Shown here: positions 14,401 through 26,400 of the stretch, piece after piece | How positions within the stretch are numbered: the first letter of the stretch is position 1 | Layout: every line of letters starts with the position of its first letter | Assembly (NCBI GenBank): GCA_030704615.1 | Contig: CM060733.1 | Location: 13,268,001 to 13,332,000, forward strand | DNA from: Takakia lepidozioides | Lineage: Eukaryota; Plantae; Bryophyta | Direction: 5' to 3' | DNA: 64,000 nt | Program-made: the position numbers and the translations under genes | The notes under the pieces: generated by a model | What the model saw: only the letters and a program-made list of their open reading frames with translations | Told to the model about the DNA's origin: nothing | The model's database searches: none

Positions 14401-17400
14401 GCATTTTGATGTGGTTCTCATTGTTGTTCTACTTTGTTCCTTAGGCCCTCCCACTCCCCTCCCCAGGTGGATGTTAAGTTTCTTTTTGTCTTCCTGTTTT
14501 CCTTCCTCCCTCTTGTGTACATGTCTAAATTATCTTCTCTCAGTCTTCCACTGGAGGTACTGTTTTTCTCTTTTCTTTTTCCTTCACACCTTTCTCTTAA
14601 GAACTTTTTTACCTGAAGGCTTCAGGTCTCCGAGCAAGGCACTTTCAGCAAATCTCCCAAGTTGTGGGCTTCGAGGTCAGAAACGACGATGCTACCAATT
14701 TCCGACAGCTTCTAAGGCTCCAGGTCAAACTCTTGTTCTGTCCGCAGAAGTTCCAGGGGTTGTGGCTGACCACAATTCATGTGTAGAATATAAAGCCTTA
14801 TTTTCCCATAGCAGTCTTATGTGCTTTAGGGTTTCAGTACACTTACATTGTGATAAGACCTTCAGAGTGTTCACTCCGAACTGATTTTTGAAAGACAGCC
14901 TGACAAAGGTCATAAGAACTAAAAGAAGGAGGTACTTTTATGACATCCCAGGGATGGCCACGAGGGGTCATGGGGAAAGGTAGAACAAACCAATCAAGAA
15001 CGACAGAAACTTAGTAACTTCTCTGAAGGGCCAGGAGGTCCCATGGACAATGTAGAACAAACCAGGAACTACTTCAGAATCAGGGTGCTGACAGTTCTTG
15101 CAAAGGCAAAATTGCTAACCTTAGGCTGCCAGTAGAGAATGGGAGGGAATCTTGGAGTGTATATGGTGGGCACTGATCTACTGTCTATTGGAATTTTTAT
15201 TCTTGTAGCTCTTTTAGCATGATGAATATAAATCAGCAAAAACAGGGGCTGGTTGTGGGTATGAAAGGTCTGCCAACATGGTGAAAAAAAACTGACAACA
15301 AGGTCCGGCTGTCTGGGTGGCAGGTTGATGAGCACGTTATCAAACTGGAGGAGATCAGTGAGTTTGCAAGTAAGGAATATTCGCTTGAAAGGTCCTTGGA
15401 CACAATGGAGAAGGACTGGAAACCTCTTGTCTTTGAGGTATGTCTCACTCAAAATTGATGCGGTGTTTGAAGAAAATAGAAGCTATTGGACAACCAATAA
15501 ACAACAGGATTAAAAATTGTGGAGAGAGTTGGTATGATCGTTACCAGGCTCTATTCATTGCCAGTAATGACTGTTCTTGGAAAAGGGGTTGTCCTGAGCC
15601 CATATGGAGGAGACAAGAAGAATCTTTTATCCTGTCCACAGGAGGCCCAGAGGGCCTATGGAACATGCTACATTACTCACAACCAAAAGAGCATATCAAA
15701 AAATGCCGAACGTTGCTCAGAGACAACTTTCCATGCATTGAGCTGCTTAGCACTTAGGTCCTCATAGTGCACAAGAGAAATAAAGTGTAAAGGAATGAAA
15801 CAAATTTATTCAGGAGGAGGCCCAAAGGATCTAATGGACACAAGTAGAAAGAAGAGAACAACAATCGCAAACACTACAACCACAGAACCCAAAGAACAAT
15901 TCCAAAACTTATGCAATACATGAGCCCAGTTTGAGCGGAACACAAAGGGACAGAAACTACCTTAGTCAGAGGCTGACTTTGGTAGTATAACTTACCTTGA
16001 AATAGACAGTTGATCCGAGTTTTCCAGATATCCACTAGAAATCCCACAAACATGCTGGAGAAATGGAATGAAATGAAATGGTACTGTATAACGTCCGCGG
16101 AAAGCTCAGAGCTAATGGGACAAAAGGGAAAAACAGGAAAGAAGCCCTAATAGCCAGGTAAAGGTTCACAGGAGTGGACAAAGGCTTGCATGGATTCCAA
16201 CTTGAGACCTCGGAAGTTGAGCACTTAGCTCGTCTCAGCATGGTCTTCCTGCTCACCTGCAGGGAAAGAAATATCCTCTTTCCTCTGTATCAAAGTCCTT
16301 TCCTCTCCTTTTGTCTCTTAAGAGCAGTAGTAGGGGCTTCTAATTTTGCAGTAGAGTGGACAGCGAAAAAAGAACTGTTCCTCAATCTCAACTTAAAGAG
16401 AGATGATGCCCATTGATGCCACTCTAAATAGAAGTCTCTTGCCCTTGCAAGTACTGCCCGCTTTTGGAACTCTATCCTGTAAATAAGAGCCACTTCCCCT
16501 AGCAAGCTAACCTCTGGTGGGCTGGGTCTATCCTGTAATCCTGAGTAAAACTAAACGAGTTGTCCACTTTCAATTTTGCGTTTATTAAGAACGAGGGTTT
16601 TAAGCAATCAGGTTGCAATAAGATAAGGGCAGAAGATAGGCTGTTATAGAGTTGCATCGAAGATTTCTCTTGAGAGTATCAATGTTGAGGTAATGTACCC
16701 TTCTACGTGCAACTGAGGTTATAAGAGTGATGAGGGCAATATGCCAACAATGTTGACAGAGGACGGATCAATAAAGCGTTATTTTGAGTTTATTGTGAAT
16801 AGCTTGGTTGAGAAAGTGATCATGGTAGTAGATCCTTTCTCTGATATGCATTTTGAGAGAAGGGTCAGGCCAACTGGTGAGGACAAAGATAGGGGGAGGC
16901 CCTAAACTACTAGAATGTCACGGCATATGCATGCTTAACACTTGCATTGGTGTAGAAAGAAATGGCCCATTAACATTGAAATAGATGCCTAGTGGTTTTT
17001 TTCTTTCTCAACTTTGTCCCCTGCAAATGTCATAAAGTTTTCTTGTTTCTTGTTTATTTAGTGCCATTTCATTTCCTTCCTTTTAGTTAGTGAAGAGGAC
17101 CATATGTGCTTGAGTTTGCCTACATGAGGCATTCCATCTTCGTTGGACCTTTGGGGTTTGATTTATGCTTTGGCTTCAGTGGTTCTACTTTGTTGTTCTA
17201 CTAGCTCAAGCATCCAGCAGATAGTCCAATGGTTAGTGCACAAAGCCGTGGGTTCAAAGCCACATAGGTGTACTGGATGTCACCCACTATAGCCAAACCA
17301 GATATAGTGAGTCCTAGGGAAGGTTTGGCCAACCTTGTTGCCCTGGTTACAGCCGATAGAGAGTGTCCACTTTCCCAACAGAAGGCCGTAGCCTCTTTCA

Positions 17401-20400
17401 GGGTGATTGACACCATAATTTATGCTTGCTTCGATAGGGATCAGCCATTTCTTTTATCTTGACGTATTGCGATATGGAGAACAACAAATGAAATGAAATG
17501 AAATGGTACTTTATAACGTCCGCGAAAAGCTCAAAGAGCCTCTTGGACAAAAGGGACAACAAAGAAAACCAGAGAACCTTGAAGATTAAAGTAAGACACT
17601 GAAAAAACAACTACTGTGAAGAAGATAACGGAACAATCTTTGAGGATGCTGAAGAAGCTACATGAAGGGTAGAATCTCTGATAGAGATGCATTTTGGGCT
17701 TGTTTAGGGCCCTAGTTGGCTTGCATTCTTTTGTCCAAGCTCTTTGAGCTTCTCGCAGACGTAATAAAGTTTTCTTTTTCCTTTTTGTCCCCCTTATCCC
17801 ATATCAAACCTTATAGAAAACCTTCTTCCTGTAATGCAAAGGACAAGATCAAAACCCCTCCAAAGGCCCCAAACAGAAGCTCTCAGGATCAAGATGCACA
17901 AACGCCAAGAAGCCATCCACAAGACAAAATAGAAGAACAAAAGAAAGCACTGAGTCTCTTTTGTCTTGTGTCCCACTTAAAAGAGAATGGGGGAAGAAAA
18001 AGGGTGCCTGGAAAATGTTGTCTGATGTTATGCGAGAAGAAAAGATGATGAAGTGGGAGGAAAACAGCTCACCAACCAGGGCCTGATGGATGTTACTTTG
18101 GACTCTGTAGTTGGCACCCTACAAGTTAACAGGATGTGACATTCTCAAAGGAGGGCCAATAGAGGAGGCACAGCTTTTACTGGATGAGCATATTGTGAAA
18201 ACGCAAAACATGTTGGCTTCCCCCTTTGCTGCTCCTTTTGAAGTACACCTCAACAGATGGCTGAATGCGGTCAGCATCTCTCTCTCTCTTTCTTTCTTTC
18301 TCTCGCTCTCTTCAACTCTATCAAGGGAATTGTGCCTGTACCCCTGTTTACCAACTTTGAAAGTCTCGAGGCTGAGCCAAAAGCCCAGGCCCTCCTGAGG
18401 CCTAGTTTTTGGGGTCAATGGCCACAAGGCTACGGCAAACGTCTTATGAGTACAATCTCTTTCTTTCATCCCCGGTCATTTCATTTCATTTCTTTCTTTC
18501 AGTTGGTAATGAGTAGGGAGAGAGAGATAATCACCTTTGGTCCTAAGGTTACGTTTCGTAAGCACCTTGCCGCGTTACATGTATAAGCCACTAGTGCTTA
18601 GGGTAAGTTATTTGAAGGAGTTCACACTTGTTGACAGAAATGAAATGAAATGAAACGGTACTTTATAACGTCCGTGGAAAGCTCAAAGAGTTTTTGGGAC
18701 AAAATGGAAAAAACCAAGAGAGAGGAAACAAAACCAGAGCCAAAAAACAGAAGAAAGAAAACAATCAGGTTCCTCTATACTACGAGATCCGTGGGAGATT
18801 CCACTGTTTATTCAGTGGAACCCAATCTCTCACTGAGTCTTCCACTATGAGGATCACAAATGCTTGGCAGCCTACCTGCACGATGCCTTCACCCTTAGAC
18901 AATCGCTAGAACATTAGATCTTATTCTTGGGTTCTGGTTTTGTTTCCTCTCTCATGTTTTCTTCCATTTTGTCCCATAAGCTCTATGAGCTTTCCGCGGA
19001 CGTTATAAAGCACCATTCCATTCCATTCCAAGATTGAGTAGGGAGAGGGAGAAAATCACCTTTGGTCCTATTATTTGAAGGAGTTCACTCTTGTTGACAA
19101 AGAAAGCAAACAATCAGGGTACTTGAATACAGGGGCCTTGAGGGTCCACAAATATGTGAGCTTCTATAAGTGTACAGGTGACACTATTGCAAAAAATCTT
19201 GGTTGAGTGGTTGAAAGCGCAAGCATCATGGATGTATTTGGAGCCGATATTTGGCTCCCCAGATATTTTGGAGCAGATGCCACGGGAAGGCACTTTGTTC
19301 CATGCGACCAACAAAGTGTTTCGAAGAATCATGGAGGATGCAGCAAAAATCACGGCCATGATGGATGTACTGCCCATCTGTTAAAGCTAGATGTTGGATG
19401 CCTGAAGTTGTGGACTCATAAAAGTACTACTTTGGTTTTAGTGTAATGGCCTAAGCTCCTTCAATTTCAAAAGTGCGTAGATTGCTATTGAGAGTAGCTA
19501 TATTTTGTACCACAGAATTAACAAGGGTCTTGTACTGTGGGTCTTTTGGGTCAAAAAAACAAAGATCTTTTGGGCCGTACTGTGACTAAGTGTTTTTTGT
19601 CTACTGAATAGTGATGTGAAAGATTTGGTTCACCAATGGTTCAATTGCTTCTTCTCGCAGGCTACTGTGATTCCAAATCTTCTGCAAGACCTGCTATCCA
19701 GCAATGAGAACCTGGATATTGTGCAGAAGGGGCTCAATCACTACCTTGAGACAAAACGACTCGCATTCCCGCGCTTCTTTTTTCTTTCAAATGATGAATT
19801 GCTGGAGATTCTATCAGAGACAAAAGACCCACTGAGGGTGCAGCCATTTTTGAAGAAATGTTTTGAGGGTATCAATATGTTGACCTTTCAGGAAAATCTG
19901 GACATCACTGCTATGCTCAGTGTGGAGAAGGAGTGTGTGGAGTTCACTCGAGTATTGAATCCCAAGTCAGCAAAGGGAAATGTTGAAAGATGGTTGATTG
20001 AGGTGGAGAGAATGATGCGAGAGACTATGAGGGTTTGTCAACTTGGACACTGTTCTATATTAGATTTTCTATGAGGGTTAGAGATTTCGAGTTTTGGGAT
20101 GCTGTTCAACCCCTCAAGTTTTACCTTGGAACTGCGTGGAACTGTTAACATCATAGTTGCAATGCTCTCTTATCATCTTTTCCCTAAGATGGGACGGGGC
20201 TTGATCATCACAGGTGGTTGTACAAAGGGCTTGTGCGGATTATGCAGTCAGACCACGAGGGGAGTGGATACTGAGATGGCCAGGGATGGTTGTTCTTTGT
20301 GGGTCTCAAATGTACTGGACAAATGAGTTGGAAGATGCAATTCGAAAAGGAGGGGTCAAGGGACTTGCGGGATATGAAATACAGTGCACTGCACAACTAC

Positions 20401-23400
20401 AGGACCTCGTTAAACTGGTAGGAAACATCAATCAGACTTGAGCTATCTCTCTGGTGCTGTCTGATAGACCTGAAGGGCCGGCTACGGATGCAATTGTCTT
20501 GCTGCTTATTTATTTCTGGGGGAGCTTACTTTATGGAGCCACTTTGACATCGGAGTCTCTTTCAATTTTTTCTAGGCCTATGCCCAGCTTGAACGGGCGC
20601 AACCAGGAAATTGAAACTGAAGTACACTTCTTCTTTTATTGCCCTCTGTATTATGAGATCCGTGGGAGATTCCACTGTCTATTCCGTGGAACTCAAATCT
20701 CTCACTGAAGTCTTCCTATATGAGGATCAGAAATGCTTGGCAGCTTAGCTGCACGAGGCCTTGACCCTTAGGCAATCCCTTGAGCAGTAGTTTCTTTTGG
20801 GCTGCTTTTTGGCTCTGGTTTTGTATCCTCACTCTTGTTTTTTCCCATTTTGTCCCATAAGCTCTTTGAGCTTTCCGCGGACGTTATAAAGTACCATTCA
20901 TTTCATTTCTCTGTACTGCAATAGATATTGCTCGAGCGAGGCTGCAACTCAGCATTAGGAGCAAAAGTGTCCATCAGACTGCCTTTATACTGTGGAGGCT
21001 AGTGCCGGGGTCCAAGACAGTACCTGACTGACATCCAACTAAACACAGAGGAAAGAACTAACTTTATAACGTCCATGGGAAGCTCAAAGAGAGAAATGGA
21101 GAATCAAAGACCCTGCTATGCTCAAGTGTGCTCAAGAATGGATGGAAAGACTGTTTGGTCGTAAACTCAGGTTAACCTATTCGTGATGTCATCAATTGAA
21201 AGGATATTAGAGTTTATGTTGGTTATCCGTTAGGTGCGGGGTGACCTGAGCAATATGGAACGACTCACAATTGGAGCACTGGTCACAATAGACGTGCATG
21301 CCAGGGATGTGGTCACCCAGCTGAAAGAGCTTGGAATCGACAGCGAGACTGATTTTGATTGGCTCAGCCAATTACGATATGCTCTTGAAGAAGGAGAGGT
21401 TATCTCAATGACTATCCCCATGTGCCAAATCTCATGCTGTTTCACTGATTTGCAATGAGGGTTTGTATGTTGCTCCTCTCCTCATTAAAAAGAATAGAAA
21501 GGGGGAATGCAGTATAGTTACTCATTGTCTTTTACTTCCAATGCTGGGTATGCCCCTGAGTGTACATGGCCACGTGTTGAGTGTAGTATACCGCCTGCAT
21601 GATAGTGAAGCAGGTTATGGGGTTGTGACTAATGAGCAGACCAATTCAACCAGGGATTACCCAGGTATTGCTGTCGCACTGTCAATGAGAAGTTTGTTGC
21701 AAGGAAATGGGTGATTAAAGGGCGGGCAGAAAGCATGATTTTTGATCCAGCACTGTAACTCAAGCCCTTTACCTTGACACATGTGACTTATGCAGCTGCG
21801 GTTGCACTGTGCGACCAGAGAAAGAGAGAGATATTCATGATGTGTGCAGAGGCCCAAAGGGCTTAGGAGACATGAGACCACAAACAGTAGAACCACGTAT
21901 ATAGTATACATACATCACTCTCCCCTTTACTGCTTGTTGAGACAGAACAGCAAAGTCAGCCAGCTAGCCAGACAAGTTCTACATTACAGAGGTACTATGT
22001 GCACAGGTACTGGTGAAGATGGTCAATGCATGCAGACACTATGGCTATGAATACTTGGGCAACAGCAGCCGTCTTGTTATCACACCTCTCACAGATCGGT
22101 GCTACCGTACACTCATGGGAGCTTTGCATCTCAATCTGGGGGGTGCACCAGAAGGTCCTGCTGGCACTGGAAAGACTGAGACGACCAAGGATCTTGCCAA
22201 GGTTAGCCTGAAGACTGTATTTCTGTATACTCACATTGCTCTAGATGCTCAAGCTTCCAGCAAATGGTTTGCCTTTGCGAGATAAATGAGATGAGATGAA
22301 ATGGAGAAATAAAGAAAGTCGGTGTTGTTTTTCCTGTCAAGTCCAAGTATCGGTGTCATGATGTGACCCTGCTGTATGGAGATAAGCAGAAGCCAGTATG
22401 GTTTTTTGTGGTAAGATAAAGAAAGATTTCACCTTCTCTTCAAGTTGTGACTATTGGTCCCATGCTGTGACCTTCTGTATTTGAGAAATAAACCCAAGCC
22501 TGATTACACAAGTTCCATTTTTCGACAAATTCCTCTTCCTCTATGATCTTCTTCAACCTCAATGGAGAGAACTGTATTGACAACCTATCCATAAATGGAA
22601 ATGATGGAGCTTGTAGATGAAGAGGAATGAAAATGGTTGTTAGGTTGAAAATGGCTTTCTACACTGTGGCAGCACTCAGTCGCTTGGAGTCGAACTTATC
22701 GTCTGTGGCGTCCAAAAGAATCCTTTCCCTGTTTATTGCTAATAGTAAATTTCGGATAGTGCTCGAGGCATTTTGCAAAATGACATTATTGTGATCTCTT
22801 GTTGACCTCTCTACCCTGCTGATTCGGACAGGAAGAAGATTGAAAGAAACTTTATATCTTCCTTGGAGGCTCAAATAGAGAACAAACAGAACCCACTAGC
22901 ATAGCTACTCATTGGCCTATGCATAGCATTATACCAGAGACCCTATGCCCACTTTGTGCAGAGCAATACAAACGAAATCAGAATGGTTTGTTAGTTGAAG
23001 CCTGTTGTCAATCTAACTACAGTGATCCATAGAGAGGAGCATAAATATACATCGAGTCCTGCTTTCTCAAGGCATTTTCAGAGTAGCTTTACCTCTTACA
23101 GTTGCATTGTACTTTTGCTTTTCAGGCTATGGCAATGCAGTGTGTTGTCTTCAACTGTTCAGATGGGCTGGATTATCTGGCCATGGGGAAGTTCTTTAAA
23201 GGCTTGGCTGCCTCAGGAGCATGGGCTTGCTTTGATGAGTTCAATCGGATTGATGTTGAGGTGCTGTCTGTGATAGCCCAGCAGATTCTCACCATTCAAC
23301 GGGCCATAATGGAGGATGTGTCACATTTTATGTTTGAAGGGACATATCTGCCACTCATCCCAACGTGCACATGTTTCATCACGATGAATCCTGGTTATGC

Positions 23401-26400
23401 AGGCAGGGCTGAACTGCCTGACAATCTCAAGGCTCTCTTCCGGACAGTTGCAATGATGGTTCCGAACTATGCCATGATTGGGTAACTTGTAGACATGCCT
23501 CTTTACTGATTTGAAAACTATAGAAAAGTGAGAAAACTGCCTTGAAGTCCATCACATTCATGTGTGGAGGGTATCAGTTGACAAATAACATAACAAGGAA
23601 GATGATGGTTAACCCTGTGAGAAAATCGCTGACAGGATTTATGGTTTGCAGGGAAATTACTCTTTACTCCTTTGGTTATCTAGAAGCTCGGGACATGGCC
23701 CGGAAGCTGGTGGCAACATACCGTCTCTGCAGTGAACAACTTTCTTCTCAGGTGCACCATAATGTGTTGAGTTTGCTTAGTCTACACTTTGAGAGGTTGA
23801 CTGACATGTAGGCTTCAAGCAAGGTAAGAGAGAGCATACATGAGATAGAGCATATACTAGAGCTAGAGAAAGAGAGGGCAGGTGCAGCTTCCGCTAACCT
23901 AAGCACTTCAAAATTGAAGGCGCACCTCCTCAAGTAGGTGGCAGGAAGTTACCAGCACAGCTTCCTCAAAAGATGTTAGTTCTACAAGCCTTCTAGATGA
24001 TGACTCTTGTTCCGCCCAAACTGGGTGCAAGACTATGGCCACAAGGTTACAGCAAACAACATCCCATGAGTACAGCCGTTTGAGTTGTTATTTCCAGTTT
24101 ACATTGATTCACTGTAATCTTTGTTTTCAGTCACTAACGTATATTATATGGCTCAAGCTGCCTACTAATTCTCAGCATTATCTTCAAGTGAAGCTGTTAT
24201 AGCCTTAAGATCAAAGTACCTCTACTACACTCAAAAAATTGCAGTGGGTTACAAATAGTTGCACTAATTTGATTGGATATGACAAGGAAGTATGGAAATA
24301 CGATTAATTGCTGTACGCACAATAAGAAACTCTGGCATGCAAAGTGACGTTGCGATGGGTACTTCAATTGTCAGCATTTGGCACAGTAGTGTAATTTTTG
24401 TCCTGATGACATAAAACTAGATCTGAAACTTGCCACATGTCAATAGTAAGGATTCCTTATGTGCTGCAGGACCATTATGACTATGGTATGAGGGCTGTGA
24501 TTGCGGTACTAAGAGCGGCAGGTAATCTGAAGAGAAGATACCGCGATGATGACGAGTCTGTGTTAGTGCTGCGGGCCATTCGTGATGTCAACTTACCAAA
24601 ATTTCTGTCACATGATATCCCTCTCTTTGAGGGTATTATGTCTGATTTGTTTCCTGGGGTGGTATGTTCTCTGCACATTATTCCTTGGCTCTTTACCAAA
24701 TTCTTTCTTCTCCAATGTCCAGAGTAGGCATATGTTCATAGCACAAGGCTAACAAAATATCATGGAAGTGGTGTGTTGAATTAGTGTATCCTGAGAGCTA
24801 CCTTTTGCCCTGTGCAAGGCTGGAACAATGCTTCTATTTTTATGTATGTAGTGATCAACCCATCAGCATATATTGTGAGAGCAGAAGTAGACGAAGCTTT
24901 TCTTTTTATCAAATTTGCAAGTGCATGGGAAAGGCAATCACCGTAACTTAATTTAATGAATAATGCAGAAACTGCCACCACCAGACTACGTGAACATCCT
25001 CAAGATGATCAACATCAATTGCATAAAGCAAAAGTATCAGCCTGGGGATGTTTTCCTGCGAAAAATTCTGGAGTTGTATGAGATGATCATTGTTCGCCAT
25101 GGTCTGATGTTGGTTGGGTACTCATTTGGAGCCAAAACTGCCGCTTACAAAGTGCTGGCTGACTCTCTGTCTGACCTTTTCCGTGAGGGCCTTAATAATG
25201 AGAACCTCACAAGGTTGGTTTCCTTTTTAGAGAATTGAAGCAGACTTAGAGACTACTAAAGACTTTTAAAGACTTGTGGTTGTTGGTAAGATATGTTTTC
25301 TCTTTCTTGAACAGAAAAAGTGTGCTCATTGGAATGTTGACCTGTCTACTTGAGATGGACGTATTTTTGTCGGAGTTCCATTTCCTTGTGACCCTTTGTG
25401 AACCTTGTGAAGTTTCTTTTCTTTCTTTTCTTTTCTTGTGGACATTATGAAGTTCCATTCCATTTCATTCCATTTCATTTCTTTGTTTCCCTTAGACAAT
25501 CGCTAGAACATTAATTGTGGTTTCTGGATTTGTTCCTCTCTCATGTTTTCTTCCATTTTGTCCCATAAGCTCTACGAGCTTTCCGCGGACGTTATAAAGC
25601 ACCATTTCATTTCATTTCATTTGTTTCCACTGTTTATTCAGTGGAACCCAAACTCTCACTGATGTCTTCCACTATGAGGATCAAAAATGCTTGGCAGCCT
25701 ACCTGCACGAGGCCTTCACCCTTAGACAATCGCTACAACATTAATTGTGGTTTCTGGATTTGTTCCTCTCTCATGTTTTCTTCCATTTTGTCCCATAAGC
25801 TCTATGAGCTTTCCGCGGACGTTATAAAGCACCATTTCATTTCATTCATTTCATTTGTTTCTTCCTGCCTGAATCAACACATCCAAACCTTGTATGTGAG
25901 AGGGTGACTGGAGCCAAAAGTTTGCACATCTCAAGTCCTTAGAAGAAGCCTTTTGTGCATTTGTGCATTCACAAACCAGGGAAGTGAGAACCAAGATCAA
26001 TGAGTATCTTTTGATGTCAATTTCGTGAAGGGGCCAAATGCACCTTGTCTTGGTGTGAAAAGAATCCTGACCAAAATTTTGGTTCCAGATATGATATATT
26101 GAATCCAAAATCGATTACTATGGGGCAGCTCTATGGACAGTTTGATCCTGTTTCCCATGAGTGGACTGATGGCGTTTTGGCAGTAACATTCAGGAACATG
26201 TCAGTTGATACAAGCCCGACACGAAATTGGCTTATCTTTGATGGCCCTGTTGATGCTATATGGATTGAAAACATGAACACAGTGAGTAGTTTTGTCCTCT
26301 ATCAAATTCTACATAAGATGCTTAGTTGCCCAATTCTGTAGGGGTGGAATAGGGTTGGTAGGGGCCACAGATCCCTCTAGCAGGTGGAGATCCTGCTGTA

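Noticed and set aside
24400-24435. Hammerhead ribozyme core (CTGATGA...GAAA)
   Set aside because: No stem II or stem I/III pairing could be built.
25420-25856. CRISPR-like repeat-spacer array formed by the palindromic B terminus
   Set aside because: The context is eukaryotic, spacing is irregular and the intervening sequence is LINE body; no cas genes are present.
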